Source of the DNA: Armatimonadota bacterium | GTDB lineage: Bacteria; Armatimonadota; UBA5829 | NCBI GenBank assembly: GCA_050948905.1 | Contig: JBMNES010000001.1 | Location: forward strand, 1,105,155-1,169,154 | Direction: 5' to 3' | Length of the DNA: 64,000 bases | Shown here: positions 1 to 8,181 of the stretch, one piece after another | Layout of the letters: every line of letters starts with the position of its first letter | Numbering within the stretch: position 1 is the first letter of the stretch | The notes under the pieces: generated by a model | The model's database searches: none | The model's input: the letters and a program-made list of their open reading frames with translations, nothing else | What the model was told of the DNA's origin: nothing | Program-made: the position numbers and the translations under genes

Positions 1-703
1 AAGTGGTGACAATCCCATATAGCACCCCGACTATGATGGCCCCTCGCACATAAGAGTTGAGTACTGCAGCAACGGAAGCTGAGACATGACGCAAGCGCTC
101 TTTGTAGGCGTCTGGCACAAGTCGATAGATGCCAGCTTTTTGCGATTCCCAATTGATAAGAAACCACACCGTTAATAGGGGCACTATTACCACCCAAGTG
201 ATCTTGCCGATGGCTGCCAGCAAAAAATGACTGACTAATCCGAGGGCCGAGGTCGAGAACCCGCGAACTTGATCGGGAAACCTCTTCAATAATCCCGAAA
301 CTGAGGTCGGTAGGCTGACGCGGCGCAAAATTGTTTCCTGGCCGGCCAGGAAACGATCGATTCCATTCTCTAGTGACCTTGCATAATCAGGCAGCCTGCG
401 CGCCAAATCAACGCCCTGCTCAACTAGTTTTGGCAATATTAGAAAGACGATCGCTGCAAAGGCTGCTAAAAACATCAAACTGGTAATCGTTACCGCAAAG
501 ATGCGAGAAAGGCCTTTGCTCTCGAGTCGCGCGAGCAGCGGATTGAGCAGAAATGCAATAAGAAAAGCAAGTAAAAAAGGTGCAACCGCAGCTGCGATCG
601 GGTCAATCAGGCCACGCAGATGTTCGAAGAGGACGCAAAGCGCCAATAGTCCGACGACAATTCCTGCAAAACCAGTTATCTTCCGCCAAAGCTGCTCGCT
701 CAT
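1..703 (-). CDS. AI-2E family transporter (PerM/UPF0118-like), N-terminal part; gene continues past window start
   Basis: Not in ORF track (open at window edge). Minus-strand ATG at 703-701 translates to MSEQLWRKITGFAGIVVGLLALCVLFEHLRGLIDPIAAAVAPFLLAFLIAFLLNPLL..., a multi-TM hydrophobic protein laid out like AI-2E permeases. The frame stayed open to position 1 in my hand translation. Confidence 0.55.
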   Translation of the reverse strand, partial: MSEQLWRKITGFAGIVVGLLALCVLFEHLRGLIDPIAAAVAPFLLAFLIAFLLNPLLARLESKGLSRIFAVTITSLMFLAAFAAIVFLILPKLVEQGVDLARRLPDYARSLENGIDRFLAGQETILRRVSLPTSVSGLLKRFPDQVRGFSTSALGLVSHFLLAAIGKITWVVIVPLLTVWFLINWESQKAGIYRLVPDAYKERLRHVSASVAAVLNSYVRGAIIVGVLYGIVTT

Positions 704-819
704 TTGCTGGTCCTTTCAAACGTCAAAAGATGCTGATCTACGCTTATGAGGTTCGCCGTCGGGCAAGCTTTTCCTGCTCCGAGTTTGACCTCACAGCAAC
801 AAACTATTACCATGAAGAC

Positions 820-2127
820 ATGCCAAAAATCGCTTACTACACTTTGGGTTGCAAGGTCAATCAATACGAAACAGAAAAGATACGCGAACCACTGGAGAAG
901 GCGGGTTTCGTCACTGTGCCGTTCAATTCGGCTGCTGACATATATATAATTAACACCTGCTCAGTGACTGCCGTCGCTGACAGCAAGTCCCGCGCGGTGG
1001 TGCGCAAAGCTCTAGACCTTAACCCTGAGGCGCATGTAATAGTCACCGGTTGTTATGCCGAGCTAGAACCACGGGCATTCCGGGATATTAAGAAGAGCCA
1101 GGTGGTGGCGAACGCTGGCAAAGAAGACATAGTCGATTTGGTAGTTGCCAAGTTTGGGAACTCCCTCGAAACTGCCGCCGAAAACGTCGATATTCTTCCG
1201 ACGTCGCAACATACACCCCCCAAGACGCGACCCCGAATTCGCACGCGCGCAGTCGTTAAAGTCCAGGATGGGTGCGATCAATATTGCAGTTATTGCATCA
1301 TTCCCTACGCTCGCTCACTCAAATATTCACGCTCGCTTTCGGAGATAGTAGAGGAAGTAAGCGCGCTGGCGGATAGCGGTTACAAAGAAATAGTGCTCAC
1401 CGGTATCCGCCTCGGCAGTTACCATGAAGACACACAAACAAGACCGAATACTCTGCCCGACTTAATCGGTGCCGTGGCAGGAGTGCCGGGAATCGAGAGG
1501 ATTCGCCTTAGTTCAATCGAGCCGTGGGAAGTCGATTGCGAGCTTTTGGAGGCCATGCAATTAAAAGCAGTCTGCCACCATCTGCATATTCCTCTCCAAA
1601 GCGGAGACGATGATATACTCACCCAGATGAATCGTCCATATAACTCGGCCGATTATCGCAAAGTCATTGACCAGGTTCAAGCGAAAATTCCCGACGTCGG
1701 GATCACCACAGACATAATAGTGGGTTTTCCTGGAGAGACAGAACGTGCGTTCGATAACACCTGCGCCTTAGTGCGAGAAATTGGTTTTTCAAGGCTCCAC
1801 GTCTTTCGTTATTCTTCGCGCCCAGGGACTTTGGCCGCCAGCCTGCCCAATCAAATTTCACCAGCGGAAAAGAAAAGTCGCTCCAAAGCTCTTATCGAAC
1901 TCGGCTTAGCAACGCAGAGGGCATTTGCAGCCTCCCTTGTGGGTAAATCAGCTAGGGTTTTAGTTGAGAAACATTCCGCCGGCTCTAACCAACTAACCGG
2001 TTTTACCGATAATTATGTGGAGACCCGTTTCCCTGGCGATCCGTCTTTAAGAGGACAAATCGTTACCGTCAGGATAGTGGCGATCGACCAAAACTATGCC
2101 ATTGCTAAAATAGAGGAGAGGAGGTGA
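820..2127 (+). CDS. mtaB: Radical-SAM methylthiotransferase, MtaB-like (MiaB/RimO/MtaB family)
   Basis: ORF 580..2127 trimmed to ATG 820 (MPKIAYYTLGCKVNQYE, MTTase N-domain). Radical-SAM CxxxCxxC in VQDGCDQYCSYCIIPYAR. TRAM-like C-terminus. Confidence 0.8.
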   Translation: MPKIAYYTLGCKVNQYETEKIREPLEKAGFVTVPFNSAADIYIINTCSVTAVADSKSRAVVRKALDLNPEAHVIVTGCYAELEPRAFRDIKKSQVVANAGKEDIVDLVVAKFGNSLETAAENVDILPTSQHTPPKTRPRIRTRAVVKVQDGCDQYCSYCIIPYARSLKYSRSLSEIVEEVSALADSGYKEIVLTGIRLGSYHEDTQTRPNTLPDLIGAVAGVPGIERIRLSSIEPWEVDCELLEAMQLKAVCHHLHIPLQSGDDDILTQMNRPYNSADYRKVIDQVQAKIPDVGITTDIIVGFPGETERAFDNTCALVREIGFSRLHVFRYSSRPGTLAASLPNQISPAEKKSRSKALIELGLATQRAFAASLVGKSARVLVEKHSAGSNQLTGFTDNYVETRFPGDPSLRGQIVTVRIVAIDQNYAIAKIEERR

Positions 2128-2133
2128 CAAGCT

Positions 2134-2481
2134 ATGGTAAACGATTGCATTTTTTGTAAGATCGCCTCGGGCGAGGTCGGTAAACTTGTCTATGAAGATG
2201 AGGAAATCGCCGCATTTGATGATCTAAACCCACAAGCACCGGTTCACGTTCTAATAATTCCAAAAAAACACATAGCTCGACTATCAGACGTAACTGACTC
2301 GAATGATGCCTGTTTGATGGGTAAGATATTGGTGGTTGCAAATCAAATCGCAGCGCAGCGAGGGATTGCCGAAACCGGCTATCGGGTCGTTGTGAACTGC
2401 AACGAAGGTGCAGGACAATCCGTCTGGCACGTGCACTTTCACCTGCTGGGTGGCAGGAAAATGACCTGGCCACCCGGTTGA
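2134..2481 (+). CDS. HIT family protein (histidine triad nucleotide-binding)
   Basis: 115-aa ORF with histidine triad HVHFHLLGG. Starts 6 nt after the mtaB stop. Confidence 0.9.
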   Translation: MVNDCIFCKIASGEVGKLVYEDEEIAAFDDLNPQAPVHVLIIPKKHIARLSDVTDSNDACLMGKILVVANQIAAQRGIAETGYRVVVNCNEGAGQSVWHVHFHLLGGRKMTWPPG

Positions 2482-2497
2482 TAAAGCTAACAAAAAC

Positions 2498-2527
2498 TTG
2501 ACAATGCCGTCGCGCACCGGGTATAAT
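2498..2527 (+). promoter_or_regulatory. Sigma-70-type promoter candidate for rpsU-yqeY
   Basis: TTGACA (2498-2503), 18-nt spacer, TATAAT (2522-2527), about 160 nt upstream of the rpsU start. Confidence 0.5.
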
Positions 2528-2685
2528 TTCACTAGACGCGAGAATAGGCAACCCGCAACGTATGTGGAATAGCGGATTTGGCGAAGTGGCTACACTTTTA
2601 GAATAGTATAGCAGCGTTGCCGATCCTGTCCCGCCACTGACGCGGTGCTATATGCCCGAGACTGTCGATGGAGGAGGGATAATGG

Positions 2686-2865
2686 TTGGCACAGGTTCAA
2701 GTAAAACCTAATGAGAGTCTGGACAGCGCTCTGAAGCGTTTTAAAAAAGCACTTCAGCAGACCGGCGTTCTCAAAGAAGCCCGTGAACACGAGCACTACG
2801 AGAAACCCAGCGACAAAAGACGCAAAGCCGAGGCTGCAAGACGCAGGAAAATGCGAAGAGCGTGA
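2686..2865 (+). CDS. rpsU: 30S ribosomal protein S21
   Basis: 59 codons, so absent from the ORF track. TTG 2686 is preceded by GGAGGAGGG (2670-2678) and an in-frame TAA at 2680. Translation (M)[58 protein letters not shown] is a typical S21. Confidence 0.85.
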   Translation: MAQVQVKPNESLDSALKRFKKALQQTGVLKEAREHEHYEKPSDKRRKAEAARRRKMRRA

Positions 2866-2882
2866 CGTCCGTGAGCGGACCT

Positions 2883-3329
2883 ATGTCGTTAACTGAAAAA
2901 CTTCTGGAAGACCAGAAGTCAGCAATGAAATCTAAGGATGAATTGAGATTATCAACCATCCGGCTTCTGCGATCATCGGTGAGCTATGCCCAGATAAACA
3001 AAGGCAGCGCGCTCACCGATGATGAAGTTTTGGAACTGCTCTCTCGTGAAGCCAAGCGGCGCAGGGAGGCGATAGACGCCGCCGTTTCAGGAGGGCGAAC
3101 CGACGTCGCCGGCAAAGAACAGGCGGAGTTGGATATTATCAACGCATATCTGCCTCAACAACTCGACGAAGCCGAAATCGAAGCTATCGCTAAAGAAATC
3201 GTCGACCAAACCGGCGCAGTTGGGCCGAAGGATCGGGGCAAGGTTATGGGGCCGCTGATGCAGCGTATTCGTGGAAAGGCTGACGGTAAGCTGGCCGGTC
3301 AGGTTGTCGAGAGGCTGCTGCAGGGCTAA
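2883..3329 (+). CDS. yqeY: GatB/YqeY domain-containing protein
   Basis: ORF 2862..3329 trimmed to ATG 2883 (MSLTEKLLEDQKSAMKSKDELRLSTIRLL...), which has a YqeY-like sequence. Follows rpsU, as in Bacillus. Confidence 0.8.
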   Translation: MSLTEKLLEDQKSAMKSKDELRLSTIRLLRSSVSYAQINKGSALTDDEVLELLSREAKRRREAIDAAVSGGRTDVAGKEQAELDIINAYLPQQLDEAEIEAIAKEIVDQTGAVGPKDRGKVMGPLMQRIRGKADGKLAGQVVERLLQG

Positions 3330-3378
3330 GCTGCCCTGCGGATTTCGGCAACTTTATGCCCACCACACTCATATTTTT

Positions 3379-5616
3379 ATGAAACCCTTTATACCTCGAA
3401 TTATCCCGCGCGCTAAAAAGAATTCTGATAAAGCCGCGCCACCTGCCAGAAGAATTGACCCCAAAAGGACAGGGATTGCCGTCGCTACCATCGCCATCTT
3501 ATCAGTTCTACTTTCAATACACATGCTCCCGAGCAGGGTCGATCTTAAGGTTGGGGATATTGCACCTGAGGACATAGTCGCCCCAAGAACTGCAAAATAT
3601 TTGGACAGCGCCGCAACCCGGCTTCGAAAAACAAGGGCTGCTGCAGAGGTGGGCAAAGCCTACGACACGCTCCCTGGCGCAGCCGACCAATCGGTGGCAA
3701 CTCTTAAGACTATTTTGGCTACCATCGAGTCCGTGCGCAAAGGTTATCCGGACCAGTCTGTCGACGCCAAACTTACCGTGGTTCGCGATCGATTAGGCGG
3801 CGTCGTGGGAGCGAAAATATCGGACTCTACTTATCTTTCCCTGCTCTCCATCGATGCGGCCGCGCTTCGTCGCATAGAGGACGAGGCGCTCAGGATAGTC
3901 AGTGCGGCGATGAGCAGAGAAATCCGCGACCATCCTTCGGATATTCGCACAGCTCAAAACGAAGTCACCGAAGAAGCGGGCCGACTTATCTCCGATCCTC
4001 AAAAAGCGGCGTTAGTTGGTGAACTCGCACGCGACGCCATCAGGCCCAATAGAATCTATAACCCAACCCGTACTATAGACTTGCAGGAATCGGCGCAGGC
4101 ACGTGTGCGGCCAGATTATAAAACGATATCTCGCGGTGACGTCGTGTTGGCAAAAGGCGAGCCGGTTTTGGAGGAGCACCTGGAGAAGCTGCAGGCTCTG
4201 GGGCTGCGAAACCCGCAGGTGGACTACCGCTCGGTTAGTGCCTTAACCGCATTGGTGACACTGGCGGTGCTGCTTGTCGGGGCTTATCTGGCCAGGTATT
4301 ATCCCGATGTATACAGAAGCACCAAGGCGCTGCTTCTTTTATCCCTGCTTGCTGTGATTGGCACCTTAGCCCTTCGCATCAGCGGCAGCCTGCTGGGAAT
4401 CAACCTTACGATCGATCAGGTCGGCTATCTGGGAGTATTATGGGTAGTCACTGTCGGCATGCTGGTTGCCGCACTGGTCAATGCCCAGGTATCAGTAGTC
4501 ATCGCGGCTCTGTTGGCTATTGTCCTGTCTTTGATGCTTAACGGCGAGCTAAGATTTGCAGTAAATGCATTTATGACGGCGATAGTCGGTATTTTAGGGG
4601 TGGCGGACATCAGGGATCGCACTGACCTTGCGCGGGCTGTTGGCTTTTTGGCGCTGGCAGGGGTAGCGCTGGTCTGGGTTACGGGTGGCCTTACAGACGA
4701 ATCTTACTTCAATATGCGAACGGGCACGGTCTGGGCTGGGCTAATCGTGCCGATAGGTGCGGGGGCAGTATTTCTAATCGGCACTGTGCCCTTAGAGAAG
4801 CTCTTCGGGTTGACTACGCACCTGTCCTTACTGGAGCTTGCCGACACTAATAAGCCGCTGTTGCGCAGGCTCGTTATGGAGGCGCCTGGCACCTATACTC
4901 ACAGTATGGCCGTCGGCCATCTCGCAGAAGCCGCGGCCGAGGCGATTGGCGCCGATTCTCTTTTGGCACGCGTCGCCTCCTATTATCACGATATCGGTAA
5001 AATCCGGCGCCCGCACTTTTTTGTGGAAAATCAGAACATCGAAAACGTTCACGATCGAATAAACCCTACGTTATCGGCTCTGGTGATAACGTCGCACATC
5101 AAAGACGGGGTTGAAATCGCCCGCGAGTATAAATTGCCGAAGATGGTGGCGGATATAATAAATCAACACCACGGAACCTCGCTTGTTCAATATTTCTATG
5201 AACAGGCTTTGGGGGAGCAGGATTCTGCTGGTGGGTTGGAGAGCCAGTTCAGGTATAATGGACCGAAGCCCAAGTCTAAAGAGGCTGCGCTTATTATGCT
5301 GGCGGATTCGGTGGAAGCGGCCAGCAGGGCTATGTCTAAACCCACTCGCGCCACTATCGAGCTCGTAGTAAACAAGGTCGTTGCGGAGAAACTGAGAGAT
5401 GGGCAGCTTGACGAATCCGATCTGACGTTTAAGGAAGTCAGCAAAATTACCGATGCGTTTATAAAAGCCCTCACTGGAACCTTGCACGCTCGCATCGACT
5501 ATGCAGAGGTATTGGACAAAAAGGCGGCTAATGGAGATTCTGATACAAAATCAACAGCAAATAACGGTGAAGACCGAGCAACTGACGAACAGAGCGCTCA
5601 AGGTGCTGCAAGCTGA
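3379..5616 (+). CDS. 7TM receptor with intracellular HD hydrolase (PgpH/YqfF-like HD phosphohydrolase)
   Basis: Long N-terminal extracytoplasmic region, a block of hydrophobic helices, then an HD domain (HSMAVGHLAEAAA...SYYHDIGK). ORF-track start 3271 overlaps yqeY, so in-frame ATG 3379 (MKPFIPRI) is preferred. Confidence 0.8.
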   Translation: MKPFIPRIIPRAKKNSDKAAPPARRIDPKRTGIAVATIAILSVLLSIHMLPSRVDLKVGDIAPEDIVAPRTAKYLDSAATRLRKTRAAAEVGKAYDTLPGAADQSVATLKTILATIESVRKGYPDQSVDAKLTVVRDRLGGVVGAKISDSTYLSLLSIDAAALRRIEDEALRIVSAAMSREIRDHPSDIRTAQNEVTEEAGRLISDPQKAALVGELARDAIRPNRIYNPTRTIDLQESAQARVRPDYKTISRGDVVLAKGEPVLEEHLEKLQALGLRNPQVDYRSVSALTALVTLAVLLVGAYLARYYPDVYRSTKALLLLSLLAVIGTLALRISGSLLGINLTIDQVGYLGVLWVVTVGMLVAALVNAQVSVVIAALLAIVLSLMLNGELRFAVNAFMTAIVGILGVADIRDRTDLARAVGFLALAGVALVWVTGGLTDESYFNMRTGTVWAGLIVPIGAGAVFLIGTVPLEKLFGLTTHLSLLELADTNKPLLRRLVMEAPGTYTHSMAVGHLAEAAAEAIGADSLLARVASYYHDIGKIRRPHFFVENQNIENVHDRINPTLSALVITSHIKDGVEIAREYKLPKMVADIINQHHGTSLVQYFYEQALGEQDSAGGLESQFRYNGPKPKSKEAALIMLADSVEAASRAMSKPTRATIELVVNKVVAEKLRDGQLDESDLTFKEVSKITDAFIKALTGTLHARIDYAEVLDKKAANGDSDTKSTANNGEDRATDEQSAQGAAS

Positions 5617-5962
5617 GAACTGCTCTCAGAACACCGAGGTCAGCGTCTTGCTTACGGGCGATGAGACGATTAAAATACTCAACGGGCAGTATCGTGGTAT
5701 CGACGAAACGACAGATGTGTTATCCTTTTCCCAGCATGAGACCGACGAGGTCTTTCCTGGCGCCGACGACGAAAATCTTCTGGGAGATATAGTAATCTCG
5801 GTAGAGACTGCCAGGCGGCAGGCGGAGGCGCGGGGTTTCACGATGGATGAAGAAATTGAGATTCTGCTGGTGCACGGATTACTGCATCTGCTCGGCTACG
5901 ATCACTCTGAACCGGATCAGGCTGAGGAGATGTTTGCGCGGCAGGCCGAATTGCTGGCATAA
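5531..5962 (+). CDS. ybeY: rRNA maturation RNase YbeY
   Basis: Zinc-binding motif HGLLHLLGYDH. The start is ambiguous (5501 or ATG 5531), and either overlaps the end of the upstream HD gene. Confidence 0.85.
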   Translation: MEILIQNQQQITVKTEQLTNRALKVLQAENCSQNTEVSVLLTGDETIKILNGQYRGIDETTDVLSFSQHETDEVFPGADDENLLGDIVISVETARRQAEARGFTMDEEIEILLVHGLLHLLGYDHSEPDQAEEMFARQAELLA

Positions 5963-6026
5963 TGTGTGTGGATAAAGGAGTTTTCGGGGACAGCGACCAA
6001 TAATGAGAGGGATTAGCGACTAGATA

Positions 6027-6746
6027 ATGCGGTTACTTACTAACCCGATGAACGGGTTTAAATATGCAGTTGAGGGAGTGGTTCATGTTTTCCGCACGCA
6101 GCGGCACATGAGATTCCACTTCCTGGCTATGGTTTTGGTGTTGATAGTAAGTTTGGTCTTAAAGCTGAAACGCGAAGAAGTAATCGTGCTGCTGTTTACT
6201 ATCACGCTTGTGCTTGCTGCCGAGATGTTTAATACGGCGATTGAGGCGGTGGTCGATTTGGTGACGCAGACCTATCATCCGCTGGCCAAGTTCGCCAAGG
6301 ATATCGCTTCGGGTGCTGTGCTGATTACGGCGATTAACGCGTTGGCGATTGGTTTTTTGCTGTTTCCTGGCGGCGCGAGGCTGAATTTGCTCAGCGAGGA
6401 TCTGGGGTTGCACACTCCAGAGCTATCGACCATTGGTTCTGTAGCATTTTTGTTGCTGGGAATAATGGTTCTGATGTGGAAAGTCGCGGGTAGGAAGGGC
6501 AAACTGCTCAAAGGTGGAGTGGTAAGTGGACACTCGGCAGTCGGCTTTTTCCTTGCGACTACGATTGTATTTATGTCGGGCAGCGTGGCTATCGGTATTT
6601 TGGCTTTTATGATGGCCGTGCTTATTGCTCAGAGTCGTGTAGAGGGTGGCATACACACGCTTGCAGAAGTCGTGCTCGGTGCGCTGTTGGCGACGGGTGT
6701 GGCGTGCATAGTGTATGGCGTGCTATCTCCGGTGTTTCCATTATAG
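6027..6746 (+). CDS. Diacylglycerol/undecaprenol kinase (DgkA-like) fused to a PAP2 lipid phosphatase domain
   Basis: The N-terminal half resembles DgkA (FKYAVEG...AAEMFNTAIEAVVDL...AKDIASGAVL). The C-terminal half carries PAP2 motifs (SGHS ... SRVEGGIHTLAEV). Confidence 0.7.
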   Translation: MRLLTNPMNGFKYAVEGVVHVFRTQRHMRFHFLAMVLVLIVSLVLKLKREEVIVLLFTITLVLAAEMFNTAIEAVVDLVTQTYHPLAKFAKDIASGAVLITAINALAIGFLLFPGGARLNLLSEDLGLHTPELSTIGSVAFLLLGIMVLMWKVAGRKGKLLKGGVVSGHSAVGFFLATTIVFMSGSVAIGILAFMMAVLIAQSRVEGGIHTLAEVVLGALLATGVACIVYGVLSPVFPL

Positions 6747-6764
6747 AGAGGTGAAGTTCCGCTA

Positions 6765-8114
6765 GTGGACGACCCAAACCGTATCGTGTTAGGACTAATC
6801 TTAATCGCAGTTCTGGTGATGCTGAATGCGTTCTTTGCTGCGGCTGAGATGGCGCTCGTTTCTGTAAGAAGAACTCGAATCAAACAGTTGGTAGAAGAGG
6901 GCAATGCCCGCGCGCGTACTGTGCTGCATTTGCTTGAGCGCCCTACCAATTTTATGGCGACTGTGCAAATCGGGCTGACGCTGGTTGGCTTTATGGCTTC
7001 GGCTTTTGCTGCTGTAAGTATTGCCGAGCCAGTGGCGTCGCTATTGCACACCTCGAAGTCTATTGCTGTGGTCGTAGAGACCGTGCTGCTCAGCTTATTC
7101 ACCCTTGTCTTCGGCGAGATAGCCCCGAAATCCCTGGCCATCCAGCGAGCAGAGAAATTGTCACTGGCATTCGGCGGCACTGTGAAAGTCTTGTCGATAG
7201 TCGCTTTGCCGTTGGTGAGGTTGGTTAGTTTCCTCAGCGAGCAGGTCGTTCGGCCGTTTGGGGTGCAGGCGCGTTTCACCAATCCTCTGACTGAAGAGGA
7301 ACTGAAAATGCTCGTGGAGGCTGGCGAGGAGGAAGGCGTCATTGAGGAAGAAGAAAAGGAGATGATACACTCCATTTTCGACTTCACCGACACCGTAGCC
7401 AGGCAGGTTATGATACCGCGCACGGATATGGATGCGGCCTCCGTTACCAGCACGCTTGATGAGCTTTTGGACTTAATCACTGAGACGGGGCATTCGCGAA
7501 TTCCTATTTATGAAGACAACGTCGACAGCATCATTGGGGTGGTGCACGCTAAGGACCTGTTGTCCGTTTTGAGGCAGAAGCAGGTATTCGATCTGCGAGA
7601 GGTGATGCGACCTGCGTATTTCATCCCAGAGACCAAGGACGTCGACGAATTGCTGGCCGATTTCAAGAGAAGCAACGTCCATATGGCGATAGTCCGCGAC
7701 GAATATGGCGGCACGGCTGGTTTAGTTACCATCGAGGATCTTCTTGAGGAGATCGTCGGGGAGATTCGCGACGAATACGACCAGGAGGAGCCGTTAATAG
7801 ACGTCGAGGACACCGACCATGCGCTGGTCAGCGCCAGGATGAGCATAGACGACCTCAACGAGCAGATGGGCCTCGACGTTCCTGAAAGTGAGGAGTTCGA
7901 GACTATCGGTGGCTTCGTCTTCGATTTGTTCGGCAGGCAGCCCAACGAAGGGGAAATCATCAGTTGGAGCAACCTCGACTTCGTCGTTCACAGTCTCGAC
8001 GGCGGGCGACTGAACAGAATACAGGTCATACGCACAGACAGGCCGAAAACCGAAGAAGAGAACAACGGCTCAAACGGGAAATCCTCAAAGGACAACGGCT
8101 CGAAGACGAAATAA
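6765..8114 (+). CDS. CNNM/DUF21-CBS-CorC_HlyC family transporter (hemolysin-like, TlyC/CorC)
   Basis: N-terminal DUF21 TM domain (AAAEMALVSVRRTRI), a CBS pair, then a CorC/HlyC C-terminal domain (GGFVFDLFGRQPNEGE). Confidence 0.85.
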   Translation: MDDPNRIVLGLILIAVLVMLNAFFAAAEMALVSVRRTRIKQLVEEGNARARTVLHLLERPTNFMATVQIGLTLVGFMASAFAAVSIAEPVASLLHTSKSIAVVVETVLLSLFTLVFGEIAPKSLAIQRAEKLSLAFGGTVKVLSIVALPLVRLVSFLSEQVVRPFGVQARFTNPLTEEELKMLVEAGEEEGVIEEEEKEMIHSIFDFTDTVARQVMIPRTDMDAASVTSTLDELLDLITETGHSRIPIYEDNVDSIIGVVHAKDLLSVLRQKQVFDLREVMRPAYFIPETKDVDELLADFKRSNVHMAIVRDEYGGTAGLVTIEDLLEEIVGEIRDEYDQEEPLIDVEDTDHALVSARMSIDDLNEQMGLDVPESEEFETIGGFVFDLFGRQPNEGEIISWSNLDFVVHSLDGGRLNRIQVIRTDRPKTEEENNGSNGKSSKDNGSKTK

Positions 8115-8143
8115 TTCACTCGTATAATGTGGCGATTAAAGTG

Positions 8144-8168
8144 GTGGCCGGGATAACACCCCGGCCAC
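8144..8168. terminator. GC hairpin between convergent genes (possible bidirectional terminator)
   Basis: GTGGCCGGG-ataacac-CCCGGCCAC, a 9-bp perfect stem. No strong T-run on either side. Confidence 0.35.
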
Positions 8169-8181
8169 CGTTATATTACAT

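Noticed and set aside
8144-8168. Hairpins at 8144 and 56061 as degenerate members of the REP family (they share the GGCCGGGA 5' arm)
   Set aside because: The similarity is limited to a generic GC-rich arm. The CACTACG head is absent or incomplete, and both hairpins are explained as intergenic terminators.
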